64,000 bases of DNA. It comes from a virus. Position 1 is the first letter of the stretch. Each line of letters opens with the position of its first letter. Of the stretch, positions 27,538-35,732 are shown in pieces. The notes under the pieces were generated by a model. That model did not search any database and was not told the origin of the DNA. It saw only the letters and a list, made by a program, of their open reading frames with translations. The DNA is taken from positions 2,665 through 66,664 of IMG/VR virus record IMGVR_UViG_3300027973_000003. One strand, given 5' to 3'. The translations under genes were made by a program, and so were the position numbers.

Positions 27538-28761
27538 ATGTTAGACATAGTAGAAGATAAGCAAGCAGTAAAGGACAAGGAAGAACGCAGACTGAGCAAG
27601 ATTAAGATTGCCATTATGCGTAACCCTAAATTCGCTTTGTGGTCAGGCTTGATGACTGTTGGTAAAACTAGAGTAGTAGATAGTATCTTTGTTACCACAG
27701 CGAACACGAATGGTCGTGATGAGAATTACAGTCGTGATTTCATTAAACGCTTAGACGACAAAGAGTTGGCATTCGTGGTGTTACATGAAACATTGCACAA
27801 GGCTTATCGTCATCTGTTTATATGGCGCAAGTTGTGGGAAGAAAACGCACAGATTGCAAACATGGCATGCGACTATGTAATCAATCTTCAGCTAGTGGAC
27901 ATGGATAAAGACCAACAAATGCTAGCTATGCCTATGCATGAGGGTAAGGTAGTAGGGCTAGTCGATGAACGCTTTCGTGGCATGAACGCTAAGCAAGTAT
28001 TCGACATACTCAAAGAGGAAGAACCTGAGGGTGGGTATGGCGGTGGCGATGGTGGCTTTGATGAACACGATTGGGAAGGTGCGAAAGAACTAACCGAGGA
28101 GCAGAAGAAACAATTAGCCAAAGAAGTAGACCAAGCGATTCGCCAAGGACTTATTGCCCATGAGAAGTTAGTAGGCAAGGGCGGCGGTGGACTTAATCGT
28201 GAACTCGAGGACTTGATGCACCCTGAGGTGGATTGGAAAGAGGTGCTGAAAGAATTCGTTCGTTCTACTTGTAATGCCAAAGATGCTAGCAGTTGGCGCA
28301 GAGTCAATCGTCGCTTCCTCGGTAGTGATATGTATATGCCTACTCTAATAGGGGAGAAGGTAGGGCATCTCGTTATCGGTGTAGATACAAGTGGCTCAGT
28401 AGGGGGCAAGGAACTATCAGAGTTTCTTTCCGAGGTGCAAGGCATTGCTGAGGAAGTCCATCCCGAGAAAGTCGATTTGATTTATTGGGATGGGGCGGTG
28501 GCTGGTCATGAAGAATACGATGGCAACACAGTTTCTAACATTGTTAGTTCTACCCAACCAAAAGGCGGTGGTGGCACAGACCCGACTTGCGTGATGCATT
28601 ACTTGAAAGAGAACGCAATTAGACCTGAGGCAATCATCATGCTGACGGATGGATATATCGGTAACTGGGGAGACGAGTGGGATGCGCCAATTCTATGGAC
28701 TATTGTCAGAAATTCAAAGACTTATGCCCCAGTTGGTAAAACAATTCATATTAAGGAGTAA
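27538..28761 (+). CDS. metallopeptidase-like + VWA domain protein (DUF2201-like)
   Basis: HETLH zinc motif, NMACDYVIN, MIDAS DTSGS...GGGGTD...LTDG. Confidence 0.85.
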   Translation: MLDIVEDKQAVKDKEERRLSKIKIAIMRNPKFALWSGLMTVGKTRVVDSIFVTTANTNGRDENYSRDFIKRLDDKELAFVVLHETLHKAYRHLFIWRKLWEENAQIANMACDYVINLQLVDMDKDQQMLAMPMHEGKVVGLVDERFRGMNAKQVFDILKEEEPEGGYGGGDGGFDEHDWEGAKELTEEQKKQLAKEVDQAIRQGLIAHEKLVGKGGGGLNRELEDLMHPEVDWKEVLKEFVRSTCNAKDASSWRRVNRRFLGSDMYMPTLIGEKVGHLVIGVDTSGSVGGKELSEFLSEVQGIAEEVHPEKVDLIYWDGAVAGHEEYDGNTVSNIVSSTQPKGGGGTDPTCVMHYLKENAIRPEAIIMLTDGYIGNWGDEWDAPILWTIVRNSKTYAPVGKTIHIKE

Positions 28762-28765
28762 TCGT

Positions 28766-29008
28766 ATGAGCAAAGTAGTGGTAAGTCTTGGGTGGAATAA
28801 CGAGTATGTATTAGATGCAGACAAGGCTCTAACATTGTTAGATTTACTTAAAGATGCAGAGATATACAAGGAGCAATACCAACCGATAGAAAAGGGCGGG
28901 ACTAGCTACCATATATTTCAGCATGACAAGGATGTATGCAACATGCGTGTGCTTAGCAAGAACTTTTATAACCTAGCGAAGTTGGCTGGTAAACCTGAGG
29001 AGAAGTGA
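28766..29008 (+). CDS. hypothetical protein
   Basis: AAGGAG RBS before MSKVVV. Confidence 0.6.
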   Translation: MSKVVVSLGWNNEYVLDADKALTLLDLLKDAEIYKEQYQPIEKGGTSYHIFQHDKDVCNMRVLSKNFYNLAKLAGKPEEK

Positions 29009-29009
29009 T

Positions 29010-29876
29010 ATGAGTATTTCGTCATCTGCAGTATTAGTAGAACTAAACATTAGTGTATGGACTGCTAACAAGTTGGACAAAGGTGCAACCGATAGTGTGC
29101 TTGCAAGTAATTCGGCAAGTAAAGATAGCGCACAAGTGCGTAAGAACCTAATGGCTGGCACAGACAAGCGTAAGAAGATAGCTGACTACGCTGCTAGGGC
29201 TAGGCTCTACCACAATCAGACTACATTATCGTGGTCAGACAAAGGTGCGAGGCTTCTTCCTACTAGCTTGTTTATGGACTACAAGGCGAACATGAATGTG
29301 TATGAGAAGAATATGAACGTAATGATTGCCGACTTCTATACAAACTATGCAGACCTGATTGAGTTATCAAAGCATCACATGGGCGACTTGTTTAATCCTT
29401 ATGACTATCCTGATATTGATGAGTTGCGTAGCAAGTTTGGATTCCGATTGGTATTCTCTCCGTTGCCTGAGAGTGGGGACTTCCGCTTGGATATTCCGCA
29501 ACAAGATATGGTCGAGATGCAAGACAAGTATGAGTTGGCATTTAACGACAGGCTAGCAGATGCAATGCGTGAGCCATGGGAGAAGTTGCATAAAGCGTTG
29601 AGCCATCTATCTGACAAGCTGACTGACGAAGAGAATCAACAGGTGGATGGTAAGAATACTAAGCGTTATCACGATACCCTTATCACTAGCAATCAGGAGT
29701 TGTGCAGTCTATTGACCCACTTGAATGTAACCAAAGACCCATTGCTAGAACAAGCACGACGGGAGTTGGAACTAACAATGTTAGGTTTAGATATTGAAGA
29801 TATCAAGGATAGCGCAGACTGCCGTAAAGAAGTGAAGTCTAAGGTAGATGACATTCTTAACAAGTTTAATTGGTAA
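29010..29876 (+). CDS. DUF3150-like protein of MoxR/VWA modules
   Basis: VLVELNISVWTA.KLD...W.DKGARLLP...DYP...SKF; helical C-terminus. Confidence 0.6.
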   Translation: MSISSSAVLVELNISVWTANKLDKGATDSVLASNSASKDSAQVRKNLMAGTDKRKKIADYAARARLYHNQTTLSWSDKGARLLPTSLFMDYKANMNVYEKNMNVMIADFYTNYADLIELSKHHMGDLFNPYDYPDIDELRSKFGFRLVFSPLPESGDFRLDIPQQDMVEMQDKYELAFNDRLADAMREPWEKLHKALSHLSDKLTDEENQQVDGKNTKRYHDTLITSNQELCSLLTHLNVTKDPLLEQARRELELTMLGLDIEDIKDSADCRKEVKSKVDDILNKFNW

Positions 29877-29885
29877 GGGGGACTT

Positions 29886-29984
29886 ATGTTTACTGTGTTA
29901 GTAACAATACTTGCAATAACAGGGGCGGTGACTTGGGCTTTTGCCATATATGTTTTGGTTAATATTTATTTAGGAGAGAAGTAA
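29886..29984 (+). CDS. 32 aa single-TM peptide (not in ORF track)
   Basis: AGGGGG RBS; MFTVLVTILAITGAVTWAFAIYVLVNIYLGEK. Confidence 0.5.
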   Translation: MFTVLVTILAITGAVTWAFAIYVLVNIYLGEK

Positions 29985-30845
29985 ATGACATACGACAATG
30001 TAAAACTTAAATCAACAGACAGGGGCGATGGGGTCAAGATAGATTCAAAGATTGATTCCTTCCTGCAACCCTTAATTGAGAAGCTAGCACTCAAGTATCC
30101 ACAATGGACATTTGAAGAGGACAACACTAACTATAAGTGGGACAACATCAACGGCAAAAGCGTTAAGTCAGACCTTACTGCTACATGCTTTAAGGTAATG
30201 GATAAGCGTGAGGAGTTGGGTTCTATATATACGCAAACTTACCACTCTAGCCATGGGCAACAGTTTTGTGTAGATAACTTCCGAGTGCAACAGTTGCGTG
30301 AGCGTGGCAACGGCATGAAAACAATCCACGAAAAGAAAGCCCTCAAGCATATAGATAAATTCTTTGGTAAGAAGAACTTAGATGAGAAGTTAGCTGATGC
30401 AAAAAACCAAGCGCAACAATGTGTCAGTCGTGTATCTAATGACTTATCCAGTAAGTTTGATTGGGATTGGAATAGATTTACCGAGTTATCAAAACAATTT
30501 ATTGTGCAAAAACATTGGGAAGAATTTGTAGGTTATGTAGACCAAGCTATCCCTAATGCAAATTTTGATATAAATAAAATGCCCGAAAAGTTTGAGCGTA
30601 AGCTAGCTGGTCAGCAAGTTAAAGATGCATTTAATAAAGACGAACATTATCTTATATATGTGGATGGTCAAAACTATGCTATATTTCGCAAGAATGAGCC
30701 TACTCAAATTAAAGTAAGCGAAGAGTTGCCTGAGTTTATCCGTAGAAGTGTGGGCATGCTCAAGCTAGTAGATGACAACCAAATACTTAGCGGTATTGGG
30801 TGTCGTGTTAACGCAACCACTTATGTTGTGTTGCAACAAATCTAA
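29985..30845 (+). CDS. hypothetical protein
   Basis: 286 aa, AGGAG RBS; C-terminal LPE...VGMLKLV...GIGCRV. Confidence 0.7.
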   Translation: MTYDNVKLKSTDRGDGVKIDSKIDSFLQPLIEKLALKYPQWTFEEDNTNYKWDNINGKSVKSDLTATCFKVMDKREELGSIYTQTYHSSHGQQFCVDNFRVQQLRERGNGMKTIHEKKALKHIDKFFGKKNLDEKLADAKNQAQQCVSRVSNDLSSKFDWDWNRFTELSKQFIVQKHWEEFVGYVDQAIPNANFDINKMPEKFERKLAGQQVKDAFNKDEHYLIYVDGQNYAIFRKNEPTQIKVSEELPEFIRRSVGMLKLVDDNQILSGIGCRVNATTYVVLQQI

Positions 30846-30863
30846 CATTGTTAGGAGAGTGCT

Positions 30864-31070
30864 ATGTTATTTAAAAAGAAATTATCAGTAGTAGCAGAGT
30901 CAAAAAAAGAAAGGGTAATCCCTATGATACTTGATAAGAACTCAAGGTTTGTATACACAGGCGGTTCTGATGTATTAAAAACTTTTAAGAAGTATGGGTT
31001 CGTTCCGCCTAGTGAGTATCGTGATGACTATTTATTTAAACTTAACAGAGAAACCTCGAAAGGAGAATGA
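30864..31070 (+). CDS. hypothetical protein
   Basis: AGGAG RBS; DVLKTFKKYGFVPPSE. Confidence 0.6.
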   Translation: MLFKKKLSVVAESKKERVIPMILDKNSRFVYTGGSDVLKTFKKYGFVPPSEYRDDYLFKLNRETSKGE

Positions 31071-31279
31071 TGGATGAGGTAATAAGAAAAGGTAGGGGCA
31101 AAGCAAGTAAGCCAGCAATGGTTTACTTTCCCCTTAGAGTTAGCGTAGAAGTAGCACAGTTTTTTGAGGCTTATCCGAACAAAAGCAAAAAGATTCGGGA
31201 AGTCTTAGAGCAATTTATAAACAAAGAAAAAGGACTTAAAGATGAGAACAATAAGCAAGAAATCACAGAAGTTAAATGA
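31067..31279 (+). CDS. putative ribbon-helix-helix DNA-binding protein
   Basis: KGRGK arm, alternating strand VYFPLRV followed by two helices. Confidence 0.5.
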   Translation: MMDEVIRKGRGKASKPAMVYFPLRVSVEVAQFFEAYPNKSKKIREVLEQFINKEKGLKDENNKQEITEVK

Positions 31280-31670
31280 CTATCTAGCAGAGAACCCTGA
31301 TGTAAAGGCTAGCATGGTAGCCAAGTTGTTTAAAGCAACAGTGCAGTCTATATATCAGCGTAGGGCTAAACTAAAGTTGGCAGCGGGTAAAAGTGCAAAG
31401 CGTGGTCGCCCTCGCCAGATACCTTCAACGCTTGTGCCTAACGCAGTAATGTCAATGGCAGTATATGCGGATGATAAGGTGAATAGCCCGAGCCACTATA
31501 AAGTAGGTGGTATTGAGACTATCGACTTTATCGAAGCTAAAGGTTTGGACTACCATTTAGGTAATGTAGTCAAGTATATTAGTCGTGCTGAGTTCAAAGA
31601 TACTAAGTTGGAAAACCTAAAGAAAGCACAATGGTATCTCAATCGTGTGGTATCTAACTTAGAGAAATAA
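31242..31670 (+). CDS. DUF3310 (SaV-like) protein with N-terminal HTH-like segment
   Basis: VNSPSHY..GGIETIDFI...GNVVKYISRA...LKKAQWYL; N-terminal ASMVAKLFKATVQSIY. Confidence 0.75.
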   Translation: MRTISKKSQKLNDYLAENPDVKASMVAKLFKATVQSIYQRRAKLKLAAGKSAKRGRPRQIPSTLVPNAVMSMAVYADDKVNSPSHYKVGGIETIDFIEAKGLDYHLGNVVKYISRAEFKDTKLENLKKAQWYLNRVVSNLEK

Positions 31671-31674
31671 TATT

Positions 31675-31811
31675 AGGGGGGTAAGTTTACTCGCTACTAC
31701 TAGTAGCCTTGTAGATGCAAATGTGGTGGCTCTCGGCTAGTTCCCCCCAAGACATTTCGACTAGCCGAATCCTTATAGCCCGACGAGGGGCGGGTAATCT
31801 ACATACCCCCT
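31675..31811 (+). ncRNA. candidate structured RNA (multi-stem, pseudoknot)
   Basis: five complementary stems plus AAAUGU/ACAUUU pseudoknot pairing in a 190-bp intergenic gap; strand assumed from the operon. Confidence 0.55.
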
Positions 31812-31826
31812 CATTTTCTTCTTGCC

Positions 31827-31854
31827 TTGACAAAGTCAAACCCTGTGTTATCAT
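31827..31854 (+). promoter_or_regulatory. middle promoter with TTGAC-AAA-GTCAA palindrome over the -35; leaderless mRNA
   Basis: TTGACA-N16-TATCAT with TGn; ATG 6 nt after the -10. Confidence 0.7.
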
Positions 31855-31860
31855 AAGGGC

Positions 31861-32175
31861 ATGGCACAAACACCCGAAAAAAAAGTAAAAGACAAAGTTG
31901 TAAAGATACTAAAGAAGCATGGTATCTATTACTTCTTCCCCGCAACGCATGGCTTTGGGCGCTCAGGTGTGCCTGATGTTGTGTGTTGCTTTAACTCATT
32001 ATTCATGGGCATAGAATGCAAGGCTGGAACTAATAAGCCTACTGCACTACAAGAAAAAGAAATGGCAGACATCCGTAGTGCGGGTGGAGTGACCTTTGTT
32101 ATCAACGAAACGAATCTAACAATGTTAGAAAGTTGGATTACGGATGAAAATTTTGACTTTGATGGGAGATGCTAA
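31861..32175 (+). CDS. VRR-NUC domain nuclease / Holliday junction resolvase-like
   Basis: TPEKKVK...GVPDVV...IECKAG..KPTALQ. Confidence 0.85.
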   Translation: MAQTPEKKVKDKVVKILKKHGIYYFFPATHGFGRSGVPDVVCCFNSLFMGIECKAGTNKPTALQEKEMADIRSAGGVTFVINETNLTMLESWITDENFDFDGRC

Positions 32176-32540
32176 TGAATCAAGGAGTTCAGATTTTATT
32201 AGAGCGTATGCGTAGCAACCCTGATGAATTTATACCGACTGTGCATGGGTATTACCCTAAAAAATGGCAAGACATTTTACTTGCCATTCAAATGCGAGCC
32301 GAAGGGGGTAAGGACTACCAAGACCAACTACCTTTCCTCAGCAATGAGGAAGTCAAAGCCCTATGGGATGGTATGCAACAACTACAGGGCGAGCTGTTTA
32401 CTAAGAAGGTTATGAATATTCTGCTACAAGATGCAACGGAACTATCATCTTCTTTCACACAACTCTCGGACGATACGATTTATATTAAAAACGATGGTGC
32501 AGTATCAGGAACAATTACTGGAAAGTTGCGTTACCCATGA
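32169..32540 (+). CDS. hypothetical protein
   Basis: MNQGVQILLERMRSNPDEF; coupled to neighbours. Confidence 0.6.
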   Translation: MLMNQGVQILLERMRSNPDEFIPTVHGYYPKKWQDILLAIQMRAEGGKDYQDQLPFLSNEEVKALWDGMQQLQGELFTKKVMNILLQDATELSSSFTQLSDDTIYIKNDGAVSGTITGKLRYP

Positions 32541-34360
32541 AAATATACTGCATTGATTTTGAGACCTATTACTCTCAGGCCTACTCATTAACTAAATTAA
32601 CCACCGAAGAATACATCCGTGGAGAGGAGTTTGAGGTGATTGGTGTTGCCGTACAAGAACAAGGTGGGGACCCGCAGTGGTTTAGTGGTACTCAAGAAGC
32701 CACAAAGAAATGGCTAGAACAGTTTGAGTTTGAGAACAATCTAGTATGTGCCCACAATGCCATGTTTGATATGGCTATCCTTAGTTTTGTATTTGATATA
32801 AGACCTAAGTCCATTGCGGATACTCTATCAATGGCAAGAGCAATATACGGAACTGAAGTTGGCGGAAGCCTTAAAGCATTAGCTGAATACCATGCGATTG
32901 GTGTTAAAGGCACAGAAGTATTACAGGCATTAGGCAAGCACAGGATTGACTTTACCCCCGAAGAATTGCGTTCCTATGGCGAATACTGCAAAAATGATAC
33001 TGCGCTAGCCATGCAGTTACTAGAGATATTGGGCGAAAGTTTTCCTGTGGTTGAGTTTAAGTTGATTGACTTGACCATCCGTATGTTTACTGAACCTACT
33101 CTTCAGTTGTACAAGCCCTTGTTAGAAACGCACCTCAAAGCGGTACAAGATAAGAAAAGCGCCCTTCTTGATAATGGATTGCTAACCAAAGAGGCACTAC
33201 TGAGTAACGATAAGTTTGCTGATTTGCTAAAGACATGTGGGATAGAACCACCTACTAAAATAAGTCCAGCTACAGGAAAAGAAACCTGGGCATTTGCTAA
33301 AACGGATGAGGGCTTTAAAGCATTGCTTGAACACGAGAATCAAACTGTGCAGTTATTAGCAACAGCTCGTCTTGGCATTAAGTCTACACTAGAAGAAACA
33401 AGGACTGAACGCTTTATTGGTATTGCGGATCGGGGTTTACTACCTATACCACTACGCTACTATGCGGCTCATACAGGGCGGTGGGGCGGTGATGACAAAG
33501 TTAATTTACAAAACCTACCAAGAAGTTCACCACTTAAAAGTGCAATTCGTGCCCCTAGTGGTTACAAGATAATTGATAGCGACTCATCGCAGATTGAGGC
33601 TAGAACATTAGCGTGGTTGGCTGAACAGAATGATTTGGTTGATGCATTTGAAAGGGGTGAAGATGTTTACAAGATCATGGCATCGTCTATATATGGCAAG
33701 AGCGAAGAAGAAATTACGAAGGATGAAAGGTTCGTCGGGAAGACTACAATTCTCGGATGTGGCTACGGCATGGGCAGTAAGAAATTCCAAACCCAACTCA
33801 AGACTTTCAATGTGGAAATTGAGGAGGGGGAATCCAATCGTATTATCCAAGTCTACCGCGAGACTTATGACTGGATTCCTGCTCTTTGGAGAAAAGCGGG
33901 GTTAGCTTTAGATGCCATCATCAACAATCAAAGCATGTCGTTAGGTCGGGTTGGAGTGCTAGAGGTTGAAGGTATAAAAGGCATTCGTCTGCCAAATGGG
34001 TTGTATATGAAGTACCCAAACCTACGCAAGATAACTAATGAACAAGGTAAGACCGAATATGTATACGACACCAAAAAAGGTAAGGCAACTATACCTAACA
34101 GAATATATGGTGGGAAGGTTATTGAGAACGTATGTCAGGCTTTAGCTCGCATTATTATTGGCGAGCAGATGCTACAAGTAGCAAAGAAATACAAGGTTGT
34201 AATGACTGTGCATGATGCGATTGCTTGCGTAGTACCTGAGGCAGAAGCAAAGACAGCTCAAGAATACGTCGAGTTGTGTATGAAGATGCGACCAAAGTGG
34301 GCATTAGAGTTACCACTTAGTTGTGAGTCGGGCATTGGCAATAGTTATGGTGAGTGCTAG
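32537..34360 (+). CDS. polA: DNA polymerase family A with 3'-5' exonuclease
   Basis: IDFETY, AHNAMFD, HTGRW, NLQNLP, DSSQIEAR, KTTILGCGYG, VHDA. Confidence 0.95.
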   Translation: MKIYCIDFETYYSQAYSLTKLTTEEYIRGEEFEVIGVAVQEQGGDPQWFSGTQEATKKWLEQFEFENNLVCAHNAMFDMAILSFVFDIRPKSIADTLSMARAIYGTEVGGSLKALAEYHAIGVKGTEVLQALGKHRIDFTPEELRSYGEYCKNDTALAMQLLEILGESFPVVEFKLIDLTIRMFTEPTLQLYKPLLETHLKAVQDKKSALLDNGLLTKEALLSNDKFADLLKTCGIEPPTKISPATGKETWAFAKTDEGFKALLEHENQTVQLLATARLGIKSTLEETRTERFIGIADRGLLPIPLRYYAAHTGRWGGDDKVNLQNLPRSSPLKSAIRAPSGYKIIDSDSSQIEARTLAWLAEQNDLVDAFERGEDVYKIMASSIYGKSEEEITKDERFVGKTTILGCGYGMGSKKFQTQLKTFNVEIEEGESNRIIQVYRETYDWIPALWRKAGLALDAIINNQSMSLGRVGVLEVEGIKGIRLPNGLYMKYPNLRKITNEQGKTEYVYDTKKGKATIPNRIYGGKVIENVCQALARIIIGEQMLQVAKKYKVVMTVHDAIACVVPEAEAKTAQEYVELCMKMRPKWALELPLSCESGIGNSYGEC

Positions 34361-34965
34361 TGGGCAAGATTAATAAACACTACAACGATTATCAAGACCG
34401 TGAAGTATTGCGGTCATTGGGTACACATCCTTGGACTGGAGCTTTACCAGCAACGTATTATATTGAGGAAGATATTACTTATGAAACAGTTGACCCTGAG
34501 ACTATTGAAGCGTTGATTGAGTATAGAACTGCTGAGGATGATATTGAATTAAATGACCTTAGACGAATTACACAAGATATGCTAGATTCAATGACCCGTA
34601 GAGAAGCTAAAATATTGCGTTTGCGGTTTGGTATTGGGCTTGCGCAAGAAAGCACTCTTGACGAGATTGGTCATGTGTTTAATTGCACTAGAGAACGTAT
34701 TCGTCAGATTGAAGCTAAAGCATTGCGCAAGATGCGTCACTTTAGTAGGAGCAATCAGCTTAGGGTGTTTGTTAATGATGATGCTACTTGTTCATTATGG
34801 GATAGGTTGTTAGAACCAGTCCCCACGATAGATGATTATGAAGGTTGGGGATACATACAGGCTGTTGAGTTTCTTGAACGAGACATGGTTGCTTGGAGAA
34901 AAAGAAATGACGAAGCAATTAAAAAATTAACAGACGCTAAAAAGAATTTAAGAGGACTAATATGA
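34354..34965 (+). CDS. sigma70 region 4 domain protein
   Basis: LDSMTRREAKILRLRFGI...TLDEIGHVFNCTRERIRQIEAKALRKMRH, RpoD region-4-like. Confidence 0.85.
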   Translation: MLVGKINKHYNDYQDREVLRSLGTHPWTGALPATYYIEEDITYETVDPETIEALIEYRTAEDDIELNDLRRITQDMLDSMTRREAKILRLRFGIGLAQESTLDEIGHVFNCTRERIRQIEAKALRKMRHFSRSNQLRVFVNDDATCSLWDRLLEPVPTIDDYEGWGYIQAVEFLERDMVAWRKRNDEAIKKLTDAKKNLRGLI

Positions 34966-35165
34966 ACAATGAACCAGTAGTGTGGACTGCTTGCTTGGAT
35001 TGTGGCAAAAGGGTTACAGGGGATTCTATTCATACTTGTTCACCACAGTTAAAGACACTAACAGATGAAGAAATAATTGAGGTGTGGAATGCGTTTGAAA
35101 GAACTGACAACATACCAATTATTGATTTTGCTAGAGCAATACTAAGAAAGGCACAAGAGAAATGA
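34962..35165 (+). CDS. hypothetical protein
   Basis: CLDC..., LTDEEI...FARAILRKAQEK motif. Confidence 0.6.
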   Translation: MNNEPVVWTACLDCGKRVTGDSIHTCSPQLKTLTDEEIIEVWNAFERTDNIPIIDFARAILRKAQEK

Positions 35166-35359
35166 ATGATGAAGATTTAAGACAGGCTTTTGCTTTAATG
35201 CTAACGGCTGGGTTTGCAATTAAAGGCGAGATAAACCCAAAAGCAATATGGGATATAGCAGATATGCTTGTTGAGGCAAAAAATAATAATGAAGAAGAAC
35301 TTGGAATCGCAGCGGTTAAAACAAAAAGGCAATATGTCCGAAAAACTGACTATAAATGA
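35162..35359 (+). CDS. hypothetical protein
   Basis: DLRQAFA...IADMLVEA motif; ATGA coupling. Confidence 0.6.
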   Translation: MNDEDLRQAFALMLTAGFAIKGEINPKAIWDIADMLVEAKNNNEEELGIAAVKTKRQYVRKTDYK

Positions 35360-35470
35360 GGTGATGGATGAAGTGCTACCGTTACTTGTACAGAAGTATG
35401 TAGTGCCGAAGTTTGATGGGATAACAGATGTAACTTACACAATAGGTAAAGTACCCCGAAGGAGAAAAAG

Positions 35471-35731
35471 ATGAAGAAAATATTATTAATTACAGGATTG
35501 TTAGGGGCATGCTCGTCATCCCCTTATATAGACAACTCCAAGCTACCTGATACTACGCTACTAGTAGATAAAGAACTTACACAAATGAGCCGAAATCAAG
35601 TGATAATGGCGGTTCAAGAGTGCGAATCTAGTGGGCTTAGACCAGTCATGGTTATGTCTAGACGCAAGATAAACGGCTACTTGTCAGACGTCCCAGTTGA
35701 TGTAACTTGCTCACCGAGATACGGAAAATAA
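35471..35731 (+). CDS. putative lipoprotein
   Basis: MKKILLITGLLGAC signal peptide with lipobox. Confidence 0.65.
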   Translation: MKKILLITGLLGACSSSPYIDNSKLPDTTLLVDKELTQMSRNQVIMAVQECESSGLRPVMVMSRRKINGYLSDVPVDVTCSPRYGK

Positions 35732-35732
35732 T

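Larger units (their letters stand above)
21974..32128. repeat. dispersed 13-bp palindrome CTAACAWTGTTAG (15 perfect + 4 one-mismatch copies)
   Basis: perfect copies start at 21974, 22094, 22589, 22749, 23243, 24067, 25116, 26110, 26209, 27532, 28535, 28829, 29772, 30842, 32116; one-mismatch copies at 23694, 24591, 26577, 26977. Confidence 0.95.

Noticed and set aside
31675-31811. tRNA or tmRNA
   Set aside because: No cloverleaf with a T-loop GTTCRA and CCA end, and no tag reading frame.
21974-32128. Palindromic repeats as a CRISPR array
   Set aside because: Repeats are 13 bp, irregularly spaced (about 100-1300 bp) and often inside genes. The only Cas-like gene is a stand-alone Cas4-like phage nuclease.
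21974-32128. Identity of the palindrome with matS or parS
   Set aside because: It differs from matS at 4 of 13 positions and does not resemble the 16-bp parS consensus. Kept only as an analogy.
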